DNA of 63,593 nucleotides, counting the filler, from Chthonomonadaceae bacterium (GTDB lineage Bacteria; Armatimonadota; Chthonomonadetes; Chthonomonadales; Chthonomonadaceae): assembly GCA_035650735.1 (NCBI GenBank). It is 5 parts of 5 records of this genome, joined end to end, with 100 filler letters (N's around TTAATTAATTAA, not from the genome) between each part and the next. Parts side by side here need not be neighbours in the genome. Positions count along the whole stretch, not along the records: positions 1 to 23,239 come from DASRGZ010000149.1; 4 more parts are not named here. One strand, written 5' to 3'. The translations under genes and the position numbers were made by a program. The notes under the pieces were generated by a model. That model ran no database searches. It was not told the origin of the DNA and worked only from the letters and a program-made list of their open reading frames with translations. Position 1 is the stretch's first letter, and each line of letters starts with the position of its first letter. This document shows, in pieces, positions 1-8,924 of the stretch.

Positions 1-1056
1 GACCGGCTCCTCGATGGTCAGGATCTTCTTCTCCACGCTGTAGATCTCGTTGAGGCTGGCGTAGAGCGTGGTCGTCTTGCCGGAGCCGGTGGGGCCGGTG
101 ACCAGGATGATGCCGTGCGGCTCCTGGATCAGGCGGCGAAACTTGCCGAACATGAGGCTATCCATGCCCAGCTCGGTCAGGCCGAGCATGGCCGTCTGCT
201 TATCCAGAATGCGCATCACCACGCCCTCGCCGTAGAGCGTCGGGATCGTGGAGACGCGCAGGTCAATCTGGCGCCCGCCACTGCGGATGCGCATGCGCCC
301 GTCCTGAGGCAGGCGCCGCTCCGCGATGTTCATGTCGGAGAGAATCTTAATGCGGCTGACGATGGCCGGATGGAAGCGCTTGGGCGGCGCGTTGACCTCG
401 TGCAGCACGCCATCCACGCGATAGCGCACGCGCAGCTCTTTCTCGAACGGCTCCACATGGACATCCGAGGCCCGATCCTGGATCGCCTGGTTGATGATCA
501 GGTTGACCATCTGGATGACCAACTCCTCGCGGGCCATCTTCTGTAAGTCGGCGACGTCCAGGCTCTCCTCGTCCTCGGCGGCGCGCTCGGCCTCCTGCAC
601 GTCCTGGATCATCCGGGACATATAGAACTGCTCGCTGAGGCGGCGTATCTCCGTGGGGGAGGCCAGCATCGGCGCGATGTCGAGCCCGGTGAGCAGGCGC
701 AGGTCGTCAATCGCATGGATGTCTAGCGGGTTCGCCATGGCGACGGTCAGCGACTCGTCGTTCTGGCGCAGCGGGATCAACTGATGGCGCAGGGCGAACT
801 CGCTCGGCACGATCTCCAGGGCTTTCGGGTCGGGCGGCTCCTGGGCTAGGTCCACCACGGGACAATCCAATTGAATAGACAGAGCATGGAGCAGCGCCGG
901 TTCGGAGAGTAAGCGCAGGGAGACCAGAATTTCGCCCAGGCGTTTCTCTCCGTTGCCGCGCCGCTGTTCGGCAAGGGCCACTTCTAGCTGTTCTGGAGTG
1001 ATCAGGCCCTCCTCCATAAGGAGCGTGCCGAGGAGTGTCCGTCTGAGTTTCAGCAA
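1..1056 (-). CDS. GspE/PilB-family secretion/pilus assembly ATPase (3' end runs off the window)
   Basis: Own translation of the minus strand, absent from the ORF track: TTG start at 1056 after AGGAG, N-terminal LLGTLLMEEGL (MshEN-like), ASDVHVEP, Walker A GIILVTGPTGSGKTTTLY, LTIEEPV. Confidence 0.93.
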   Translation of the reverse strand, partial: MLKLRRTLLGTLLMEEGLITPEQLEVALAEQRRGNGEKRLGEILVSLRLLSEPALLHALSIQLDCPVVDLAQEPPDPKALEIVPSEFALRHQLIPLRQNDESLTVAMANPLDIHAIDDLRLLTGLDIAPMLASPTEIRRLSEQFYMSRMIQDVQEAERAAEDEESLDVADLQKMAREELVIQMVNLIINQAIQDRASDVHVEPFEKELRVRYRVDGVLHEVNAPPKRFHPAIVSRIKILSDMNIAERRLPQDGRMRIRSGGRQIDLRVSTIPTLYGEGVVMRILDKQTAMLGLTELGMDSLMFGKFRRLIQEPHGIILVTGPTGSGKTTTLYASLNEIYSVEKKILTIEEPV

Positions 1057-1524
1057 AGCACCGATCTCCTGTCCGGATCTGGATGAAGAACGCGCCGATA
1101 GGACCTCTCCCTCTTCCTGAGGAGCGGAACCGCGTCCCTTCCAGAAGCAAAACCGAGGGCATAGCAGGCGTTCCAGGCTTAAACAAGAAGGATACTTCGG
1201 GGCGATGGGGCAAACTGCTCTTTCGTTCCTTACGCCGTCATAGAATTAGACGTTGCGGAGGGTAATTCGTTTCGGAATTGGAAGATTCCTTTTTACCTGC
1301 TTCTTGGGCCTGCCGGCGCGGCCACATAAAGCAGACTTCCGCGTATAGGAAAGAGAAAGACGCAGGGGAAAGCCAGGGCCAGCGCGAAAATCAGATCAGC
1401 CCCCCATGCGTAGGGCGCACCACCGAGCATGAAAACGCCTCTCCCCTCTCCTTCTAAAGGAGAGGGGCCGGGGGTGAGGTCTATATTCACCTTCGTCTAT
1501 ATCGCTTGCTCAGGAGAAGGTTTC

Positions 1525-2004
1525 ATGTCCAAAATCACGGAACTGAACGTGAACGGCGCCAAGCGTCCGGTAGAGGCCGAGGGGGAGAGAAGCCTGCTCA
1601 GCGTTCTGCGGGACGACCTGGATCTAACCGGCGCCAAGTACGGCTGCGGCGAGGGCCAGTGCGGAGCCTGCACGGTGCTGCTCGACGGGCAGCCAACCCA
1701 TTCCTGTATTACGCCGGTAAGCCTGGCGGCAGGCAAACAGATAACCACGATCGAGGGATTGGAGAGGAACGGCCAGCTGCATCCGGTGCAAGAGGCGTTC
1801 CTGGAGGCCGGTGCGCTGCAATGCGGCTACTGCACGCCGGGCATGATCCTGACGGGCGTGGGCCTGCTGGCGCAGAACTCCGATCCCAGCGAGCAGGAGA
1901 TCATTCGCTATATGCAGGGCAATATCTGCCGCTGCGGCATCTATCCGCGCATCGTGGCCGCGATCCGCCGGGCCGCGCAGCAATCGAAAGGGGTCACCCG
2001 ATGA
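1525..2004 (+). CDS. (2Fe-2S)-binding small subunit of a xanthine/aldehyde/isoquinoline oxidoreductase (IorA/CoxS-like)
   Basis: GAKYGCGEGQCGACTV, QCGYCTPG and NICRC motifs; AGGAG RBS before ATG 1525. Confidence 0.93.
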   Translation: MSKITELNVNGAKRPVEAEGERSLLSVLRDDLDLTGAKYGCGEGQCGACTVLLDGQPTHSCITPVSLAAGKQITTIEGLERNGQLHPVQEAFLEAGALQCGYCTPGMILTGVGLLAQNSDPSEQEIIRYMQGNICRCGIYPRIVAAIRRAAQQSKGVTR

Positions 2005-4157
2005 TCCAGAAACCGTCAAACGCAACCGAATGGGAACCCGAGCGTTACGAATTGGCCGCCGAGCCGGCCTACCGCTTTGAACTGGCCCGGCGGGAGTTCT
2101 TCCGGCTGGTGGGCGGCGGCATCGTCGTGCTCCTGACGCTGCCGGAAACGGCCCTCTCGCAGGAGTCGGGGCGCAGGCAGCGCGGATTTGGCGGCGCGAT
2201 CCCCCAGGAGATCGGCGCGTGGCTGCACATCGGCGAGGATGGCAGCGTCACCGCCTACACCGGCAAGGTCGAGTTCGGCCAGAACGTGCGCACGTCTTTA
2301 ACGCAGGCCGTCGCAGATGAATTGCGCCTGCCCCTGGAGAGCGTGCGGCTCGTGATGGGCGATACGGAGCGGACGCCTTTCGACATGGGCACGTTCGGCA
2401 GCCGAACGACCCCGACCATGGCCCCGCAGCTTCGGAAGGCGGCTGCTGCCGCGCGGGAACTGCTGATCGGCCTGGCCGCCGCGCAGTGGAAGGTGGGCCG
2501 GGACGGCCTGACCGTCGCCGAGGGCAAGGTCACCAACCCGCAGACCGGGCAATCGCTCACTTTCGGGCAGTTGACGCAGGGCCAGAAGCTCCTGGAAGCC
2601 ATCGGCCCGGAGACGGCGACCACGCCGGCAGCGCAGTGGAAGATCGCGGGCCAGTCTGTTCCGAAGGTGGATGGCCGCGCGTTCGTGACCGGCGCGCACA
2701 AATATACCTCGGACATGAAGCTGCCCGGAATGCTCTACGGCAAGGTGCTGCGTCCGCCGGCGTTTCATGCCACGCTGGTCTCGCTGGGGTCGGACAAGGC
2801 GAAGGCCCTGCCCGGCGTGGTCGTGGTGCGCGATGGCGACTTTGTCGGGGTTGCCGCGCCCGATCCGCATACCGCCGAGCGCGCCGTGGCGGCGCTGCGG
2901 GCCGAATGGCAGACCACCCCGCAGCCCTCAGACAAGGAACTTTTCGCCTACCTGAAGGCCCACCCCGCCGAGGCGCAGGGCTTTGAGGGCGGCATGCAGC
3001 ATGTCCAGGGTTCCGTGGAGGAGGCGCGCGCAAAGGCCGACAAAACCCTGGAGGCTTCCTATACCGTCGCCTATATCGCCCATGCCCCCCTGGAGCCGCG
3101 CGCAGCCGTGGCCCAATGGGAGGGGGACAAGCTGACCGTATGGACGGGCACGCAGCGTCCTTTTGGCGTGCGCGGGGAGCTGGCGGCGGCCTTTCGGATG
3201 CCCGAAGAGCGCGTGCGCGTGGTCGTGCCGGACACCGGGGCCGGCTATGGCGGCAAACATACCGGGGAGGCAGCCATCGAGGCGGCGCGCCTGGCACGGG
3301 CCGCAGGCAAGCCGGTCAAGATCGTCTGGACACGCGAGGAGGAGTTCACCTGGGCTTACTTCCGCCCCGCCGGGCTGATCGAGATTCGCAGCGGCGTCCA
3401 AAAAGGCGGCGCGCTCACCGCCTGGGAGTACCATAACTATAACTCGGGCGCGGCGGCCATCCGCACCATGTACGACGTTCCCAACCAGCGGATCGAGTTC
3501 CATCCCTGTCAGACCCCTCTGCGTCAGGGTTCCTACCGCGCGCTGGCGGCAACGGCCAACCACTTCGCCCGCGAGAGCCACATGGACGAGCTGGCGCACG
3601 CCGTCGGCATGGACCCGCTCGCCTTCCGCCTGAAGAACCTGCGCGATGATCGCCTGCGGGCCGTCTTCGAGACGGCGGCACAGCATTTCGGCTGGGGACA
3701 GGCCAAAGCCAGGGCGGGACATGGCTTCGGTATCGCGGGCGGGTTTGAGAAAGGCGGCTATGTGGCGACCTGTGCGGAGGTGGCCGTGGAGCGCGGGCAG
3801 GTGCAGATTGTGCGAGTTGTGACGGCCTTCGATTGCGGGGCGGTGGTCAACCCGGATCACCTTCGCAGTCAGATCCAGGGCGCCAACATCATGGGCATTG
3901 GCGGCGCGCTGTTCGAAAGTATCGCGTTTGAGAACGGCGCTATTCTCAACCCGCATTTTTCCCGGTACCGCGTGCCGCGCTTCCGGGATGTTCCGGCCAT
4001 CGAGGTAGTGCTGATCGACCGCAAAGACCAGCCCTCTGCCGGAGCCGGCGAGACGCCCATTGTCGGCCTGGCCCCGGCGGTCGGCAACGCCATCTTTAAC
4101 GCGACCGGCATTCGCCTGCGCTCGCTCCCGATGGCCCCACACGGCCTGAAAGCCTAG
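2001..4157 (+). CDS. Molybdopterin-binding large subunit (IorB-like), probable Tat substrate
   Basis: ATGA overlap with the upstream gene; RREFF twin-arginine motif, KVEFGQ, GAGYGGK, GAGETP motifs. Confidence 0.92.
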   Translation: MIQKPSNATEWEPERYELAAEPAYRFELARREFFRLVGGGIVVLLTLPETALSQESGRRQRGFGGAIPQEIGAWLHIGEDGSVTAYTGKVEFGQNVRTSLTQAVADELRLPLESVRLVMGDTERTPFDMGTFGSRTTPTMAPQLRKAAAAARELLIGLAAAQWKVGRDGLTVAEGKVTNPQTGQSLTFGQLTQGQKLLEAIGPETATTPAAQWKIAGQSVPKVDGRAFVTGAHKYTSDMKLPGMLYGKVLRPPAFHATLVSLGSDKAKALPGVVVVRDGDFVGVAAPDPHTAERAVAALRAEWQTTPQPSDKELFAYLKAHPAEAQGFEGGMQHVQGSVEEARAKADKTLEASYTVAYIAHAPLEPRAAVAQWEGDKLTVWTGTQRPFGVRGELAAAFRMPEERVRVVVPDTGAGYGGKHTGEAAIEAARLARAAGKPVKIVWTREEEFTWAYFRPAGLIEIRSGVQKGGALTAWEYHNYNSGAAAIRTMYDVPNQRIEFHPCQTPLRQGSYRALAATANHFARESHMDELAHAVGMDPLAFRLKNLRDDRLRAVFETAAQHFGWGQAKARAGHGFGIAGGFEKGGYVATCAEVAVERGQVQIVRVVTAFDCGAVVNPDHLRSQIQGANIMGIGGALFESIAFENGAILNPHFSRYRVPRFRDVPAIEVVLIDRKDQPSAGAGETPIVGLAPAVGNAIFNATGIRLRSLPMAPHGLKA

Positions 4158-4352
4158 CGAACGGCAAGGAGAGGCCCTCACCCCCAACCCCTCTCCCGCA
4201 GCGCCGGGAGAGGGGAAACCCGGATAGCGGTGCAGGAAAATCAGCAAGGCGGCAAGAAATTAAATCCCAAAAGATTCACGCGCGGCCTGACACCGGGCAC
4301 GCCACGCTCACGTACTATAGTTGTATGCTGCGGAGCAACAAGGAGATAGGCG

Positions 4353-4622
4353 ATGGATATTATGGGGGTTGTCTGGCCGATCCTGGCCGGATGGGGGTTT
4401 TGGTGGTTTTCTGGGAAGTGCCGGGGCCGGAATGCGCGCAACGCCTTCCGCTATCTGGCCTGGGGGGCATGGCTGTGGCTGCTCGTGTTTATCTGGATGC
4501 CGATCCCCTTCTACTTTATTCTGAAATTCGTTCCCTCGCTGGTGTGCGTCTGGCTGGCAGCGCTAAGTATGCTCAAAGAGATGCGCGCCCAGCAGAAAGG
4601 TGAATACACGGACGCCGCCTGA
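4353..4622 (+). CDS. Small membrane protein, about 3 TM, hypothetical
   Basis: AAGGAG RBS; Trp-rich hydrophobic segments. Confidence 0.6.
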   Translation: MDIMGVVWPILAGWGFWWFSGKCRGRNARNAFRYLAWGAWLWLLVFIWMPIPFYFILKFVPSLVCVWLAALSMLKEMRAQQKGEYTDAA

Positions 4623-4700
4623 GCGCGCGGACAGTTCCGTAGAAAAGACGTGGCCCGCGCCCTTGCCAAACCCAGGAGCGCGGGCCGTTTGTATGGGACA

Positions 4701-5699
4701 TCAGTAGCCGCGCGCGGGATCGTAGAGGTTCTGGAGCGGCAGGCCGTGAAGATATCGCTTGAGGTTGTCGGCGAAGAGGGCGGCGGCGCGCGCGAAGTAG
4801 TGGGGCGTGATGCCGGCAACGTGCGGCGTGATGATCACGTTCTCCATCCGCCAGAGCGGACTCTCGGCAGGCAGCGGCTCCTCCTCAAAAACATCCAGGC
4901 CCGCGCCCGCCAGCCGGCCTTCCTGAAGCGCAGCGATCAGCGCCGCCTCGTCCACGATCTTGCCCCGCGCGATATTGTACAGGTACGCGGTCGGCTGCAT
5001 GTACGCCAACATCCCCGCATCGAACAGGTGGTGCGTTTCCGGCGTATAGGGCAGCGCGATACAGACGTGATCCGACTCGGCCAGCAGGCGCGGCAGTTCC
5101 TCCGGCGGATAGAGCGCATTCGGCACGACGGCGGCGTTGTAGCGCGCCTGTGGATTGCGCTTGGTCGCCACAACCCGCATTTCAAACGCCTTCGCCCGCG
5201 CCGTCAGCGCCTCGCCGATCCGGCCCAGCCCCACGATGCCCAGCGTCTTCCCGGTCAGCTCCTCCGCGCCGCCGCCGGCGCGCGAGCTCCCGAAATGCTC
5301 CCACCGGCCCGCCATCTGCGCCCGCTGGTAAAACGGCATCCGCCGCGTGAACATCAGCATGAAGGCCAGGACGTGCTCGGCGATGTTGGGGCCGTGGACG
5401 CCGCTGGCGCTGGTCAGCAACAGGCCGCGCGTCAGCAGCTCCGGCCTGGCCTTGCCATCCATCCCCGCGCTCCAGAAGCTTATCCAGCGCAGGTTCCGCG
5501 CCGCCGCCACCTGTTCTGCCGAGACGTTGCCGCAGGTAACGACCTCCGCATCCGTAATCGCCTCGCGCACGGCATCGCCTGTCGCAAAGCGCAGCGTCAC
5601 CCGCTCCCGTAACTCTGGATCGCCCTCCACCGCCTGCCGGTAGGCTGCCGCGTCCCCACTCTCCGGCGACAGCAGCACCAGCACAACCGTTCTCTTCAC
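4701..5699 (-). CDS. D-2-hydroxyacid dehydrogenase (NAD(P)-dependent)
   Basis: GIVGLGRIG, NIARG, GAGLDVFEEEPL, ITPHVAG; GTG start overlaps the stop of the upstream gene (GTGA). Confidence 0.92.
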   Translation of the reverse strand: MKRTVVLVLLSPESGDAAAYRQAVEGDPELRERVTLRFATGDAVREAITDAEVVTCGNVSAEQVAAARNLRWISFWSAGMDGKARPELLTRGLLLTSASGVHGPNIAEHVLAFMLMFTRRMPFYQRAQMAGRWEHFGSSRAGGGAEELTGKTLGIVGLGRIGEALTARAKAFEMRVVATKRNPQARYNAAVVPNALYPPEELPRLLAESDHVCIALPYTPETHHLFDAGMLAYMQPTAYLYNIARGKIVDEAALIAALQEGRLAGAGLDVFEEEPLPAESPLWRMENVIITPHVAGITPHYFARAAALFADNLKRYLHGLPLQNLYDPARGY

Positions 5700-6937
5700 G
5701 CGCCGTCCTCTCCCAGCAATCGCCACAGCGCTTCACGGCACTCCGTAAAGCTTATCTCCCGCACCATCGCCTTGGCCGCCGTCACCTGTCCCGGAAAGAC
5801 AATAATTCCGGAAACGCCCATCCCCACCAGAAACCGTACCGCCGTTTCCAGGGTATCCGCAGGGTACTCCTCCCCGCATAGGCTAAACATAGGGTGCGCT
5901 GAGGACGTGACCGGTAACAGGTTCGCTCCTGCCGCCGCCACCAACGCCTCCACGGGCGGCAAGGCGCCTTCATGCAGCCATGTCTCTCGCAGAGTGAGGA
6001 CAAGCCGGGTCGCGCCGCGCGCCGCCAAAGCCTCCACCCGCGCGCTGACTTGGTCTGCATCCGTCTGCTCCGGCACATACACAATATCCGCCGCCAGGCG
6101 CGGCAGGCTGCACACGACCTCATTCTCAAAACACTCCGCCTGCGCCGTCTCAAACTCCGCGCTCAACTCCGTCAGGCCCAGTCCCTCCAGTTCCTCTCTC
6201 GGCGGGACGGCAAGCGTGATGTCGGCGCGCGATGCCGCCTCCAGCACCGTCATCAAGGGCAGGGAATAGTCATCGGAGAGAAGAAGGGGCTTGCCTGCGG
6301 CCCTCTCCACCAGCGCGAAAAGGTTGCGCCGCTGGGCCGCATCGCTGGCGCTTGCAGGCAGCAGGGGAACATCAAAGGGCACGTAGAGCGCATCCGCGCC
6401 CTCCAGCAACGCGGTTTCAACAGCGTCCGCCGTTTCGACGCGTGCCAGAACCTGCACCGCACGGCCATCCAGCGTCTGCGCGGGCAGGTGTTCGCTCTCC
6501 AGGTAGAGGCGGCGCCTGGGGGCCAGGTTGGTATACTCCGCCTGGTATTGGGCGATGGCTAAACCATCGGGGTTGACCAGGACAACGCCGTGCGTGGCAT
6601 CCACCAGCATCAGCATATCGTCCTCAACCATCTCCATCAGGCCGGGCACATTGACGACGGCAGGAATGTCGGAAGCAGGCGCGTCCGGCTCGGCAGTTTC
6701 GGCGGCGATCCCTATCACCTTCGCCCAGGATAATCGCCCCGTCAGCGCCAGCGCGGTCCGATAGTCCTCGGCAACCAGCACGACCTCCGGCGTCTCCGAG
6801 GTGCGCCGAAACCCCGTGCGCGCGGCCAGGCGCGGCGGCGCCTCAGGAGCCATCGGGATGCCGCCGTGCGCGCGCACCACCGCCGCCGTTGCTAACGCTA
6901 TCCCTGCGCCCAATCCTCTGCCGCGCAGACGCGCCAT
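5696..6937 (-). CDS. Degenerate PTS Enzyme I / PEP-utilising enzyme-like protein
   Basis: LRGRGLGAGIALATA, IPAVV..LMLVDATHGVVLVNPD and PAQTLDGRAVQVLARV resemble EI segments; no SHxAIxAR phospho-His motif. Confidence 0.6.
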   Translation of the reverse strand: MARLRGRGLGAGIALATAAVVRAHGGIPMAPEAPPRLAARTGFRRTSETPEVVLVAEDYRTALALTGRLSWAKVIGIAAETAEPDAPASDIPAVVNVPGLMEMVEDDMLMLVDATHGVVLVNPDGLAIAQYQAEYTNLAPRRRLYLESEHLPAQTLDGRAVQVLARVETADAVETALLEGADALYVPFDVPLLPASASDAAQRRNLFALVERAAGKPLLLSDDYSLPLMTVLEAASRADITLAVPPREELEGLGLTELSAEFETAQAECFENEVVCSLPRLAADIVYVPEQTDADQVSARVEALAARGATRLVLTLRETWLHEGALPPVEALVAAAGANLLPVTSSAHPMFSLCGEEYPADTLETAVRFLVGMGVSGIIVFPGQVTAAKAMVREISFTECREALWRLLGEDGA

Positions 6938-6949
6938 CGCGCCCTCCGA

Positions 6950-7690
6950 TTATTGCTGCTCGCCTTCCATCTCGCCGATATGGAGTTCAATGTCGGCGCG
7001 CTCCTCGATTTTGGCGATTTTGCCGTCGCGGATCCAGACGATGCGGTCGGAGACGTCCACCATTTTGAGGTCATGCGTGGCCGAGATGACCGTCACGCCC
7101 TGTTCGCGGTTGAGGCGGCGCAGCAACTCGATGATCTCCGTGCCGGTCTTGAGGTCCAGGTTGCCCGTCGGCTCGTCGGCCAGGATGATGGAGGGGCGAT
7201 TGGCCAGCGCACGGGCGATGGCGACGCGCTGCTGCTGACCGCCGGAGAGCTCGCTGGGGCGGTGATGCAGGCGATGACCGAGGCCGACCAGGTTGAGCAG
7301 CTCAATGCCGCGCTCAATGCCCTCATCCGTCGGCATCCCCGCAAACACCGTCGGCAGCGTCACGTTCTCCAGCGCCGTCATCACCGGAATCAGGTTGAAT
7401 GTCTGGAAAATATAGCCGATGGTGTGGCAGCGCAGATAGGCCAGTTCCGCCGCGTCCAATTGCGCCATATCTACATCGTTGATAAATACCGAGCCTTCCG
7501 TCGGCTTGTCCAGCCCCCCGATAGCGTTAAAGAGGGTGGATTTGCCGGAGCCGGACGGCCCCATGATAGAGATATATTCGCCGCGCCGGATGTCCAGGTC
7601 CACTCCGTTGAGGGCGCGCAACGTCTGATCCCCCATCGTGAACTCTTTGACCAGTCCTTTGGTGCGGACGACGTATTCATTCGTTGCCAT
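6950..7690 (-). CDS. ABC transporter ATP-binding protein, LolD/MacB family
   Basis: GPSGSGKST, IGYIFQTFNL, LSGGQQQRVAIARAL, ILADEPTGNLD. Confidence 0.95.
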   Translation of the reverse strand: MATNEYVVRTKGLVKEFTMGDQTLRALNGVDLDIRRGEYISIMGPSGSGKSTLFNAIGGLDKPTEGSVFINDVDMAQLDAAELAYLRCHTIGYIFQTFNLIPVMTALENVTLPTVFAGMPTDEGIERGIELLNLVGLGHRLHHRPSELSGGQQQRVAIARALANRPSIILADEPTGNLDLKTGTEIIELLRRLNREQGVTVISATHDLKMVDVSDRIVWIRDGKIAKIEERADIELHIGEMEGEQQ

Positions 7691-7706
7691 TCGCAATCCT
7701 TTCTTA

Positions 7707-7803
7707 AGGGTATAGGGTGCAGGGTATAGGGTGTAGGGTATAGGGGGTAGGGTGTGGTGGGCAGCATCCGAAGGCTCTTCCTACACCCTATACCCTACAC
7801 CCT
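7707..7803. repeat. G-rich heptamer tandem repeat (AGGG-T/G-R-Y) x7 with 3 inverted copies
   Basis: 7707-7755 agggtat agggtgc agggtat agggtgt agggtat agggggt agggtgt; 7783-7803 acaccct ataccct acaccct. Confidence 0.9.
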
Positions 7804-7807
7804 GCTT

Positions 7808-8467
7808 TTAAATTTCTGAGCGCAGGGCGACCGCCGGGTGCATTTTGGCGGCGCGTATCGCGGGTGGGATGGCGGCAAAGAGGGTGATCGCCGCGCCGAT
7901 GCCCACCGATTGCAGCATCTGGAGCAGGGTGCCCACCCAGAACTCGCCGCCGAACGCTCCCAGGCCATCCGAAAAGATATGGATCAGAGCGATAATCAGC
8001 CAGCCGACAAACCAGCCGGCAAACGAAGCCAGCAGGCCCATCAGGATCGCTTCGATGAAGAAGAGCTTGACGACAAAGCTATCCAGCGCGCCGAGGCACT
8101 TCATCGTGCCGATCTCTTTGAAGCGCTCGGTCACCGACATCAGCATCGAGTTCATGATGCCCACAAAGCAGACCAACAGCGCCATCACGGCCAGCCACTG
8201 CTGACGGTGCGCGGCGGCGGTGATCTCGGCCAGCCGCTCCGGCGTCATGCCGGGGCCGATGTGGGGCGTAAAGAGCCCTGCCGTGCGCACCGAACTATAG
8301 AAGGCTATCCCTAGGAAGATACCGGCCGCCGTGATAAGCGAACGCGCCAGACGTATCTTGATGCTTTTGATGCTGATCTGCCACGCCTTGCTGAAGGGAA
8401 GCTGTATTTGCCGCTGCACCTTCATCGCCGCAGGACGTGTGGCTTGCTCTAGCTGCTCTGCGCTCAT
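7808..8467 (-). CDS. Small FtsX/MacB-type ABC permease (4 TM, almost no periplasmic loop)
   Basis: GIMNSMLMSVTERFKEIGTMKCLGA and C-terminal PAIRAAKMHPAVALRSE. Confidence 0.92.
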   Translation of the reverse strand: MSAEQLEQATRPAAMKVQRQIQLPFSKAWQISIKSIKIRLARSLITAAGIFLGIAFYSSVRTAGLFTPHIGPGMTPERLAEITAAAHRQQWLAVMALLVCFVGIMNSMLMSVTERFKEIGTMKCLGALDSFVVKLFFIEAILMGLLASFAGWFVGWLIIALIHIFSDGLGAFGGEFWVGTLLQMLQSVGIGAAITLFAAIPPAIRAAKMHPAVALRSEI

Positions 8468-8483
8468 AGCGTTGTCATCTCCC

Positions 8484-8924
8484 TCAGGATTTCTTGCCGA
8501 CTTTTTTATAGAACCCGATAAAATTGCGCTCGTGGAGCATCTGGAGAAACATGGTCACGGAGACTTCCGCCTCGCGCCGGTTCATCTTGTACTGCCGGCC
8601 CGTCTTCTGAACGATGGACTCAATGGTATGGTGCCCGTCGCACAGCTCCCAGACGTAGCCTCCGACCTCATCCAATTCCACATGCCGCGCGTTGGGCACG
8701 TTCATCCACTTAGCGAGCCAGCGCGTCATGCGGCCCACCTTCTGGTTTTGCGGCACGGTCAGTACCGTCTCACCGCTGTCGCGCTTTTCCCAGGACAGCA
8801 GGGAGTTGCGGCCCGGACGCAGGGTCAGCGCCGCCTGCCGGTCTACCTGCGGCGGGCGGATCTTCAGGAATGGCAGATGGCGGCCTATTCCATAGTAGAG
8901 CCGCATCTTCAGTGGCATACGCAT
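8484..8924 (-). CDS. PqqD-family (RiPP recognition element-like) protein
   Basis: ELDEVGGYVWELCDGHHTIESIV...FLQMLHERNFI fits the PqqD/RRE pattern (L..G..IW..CDG..T...I ... FL..L). Confidence 0.8.
   Translation of the reverse strand: MRMPLKMRLYYGIGRHLPFLKIRPPQVDRQAALTLRPGRNSLLSWEKRDSGETVLTVPQNQKVGRMTRWLAKWMNVPNARHVELDEVGGYVWELCDGHHTIESIVQKTGRQYKMNRREAEVSVTMFLQMLHERNFIGFYKKVGKKS

Noticed and set aside
115..1213. Track ORFs 115-546 (+) and 707-1213 (-)
   Set aside because: Overlap the GspE/PilB frame (1-1056, minus), which has clear motifs.
1506..2000. N-terminal 165 aa of the 883-aa ORF as a domain fusion
   Set aside because: It is the alternative frame of the 2Fe-2S gene; the real start is ATG 2001.
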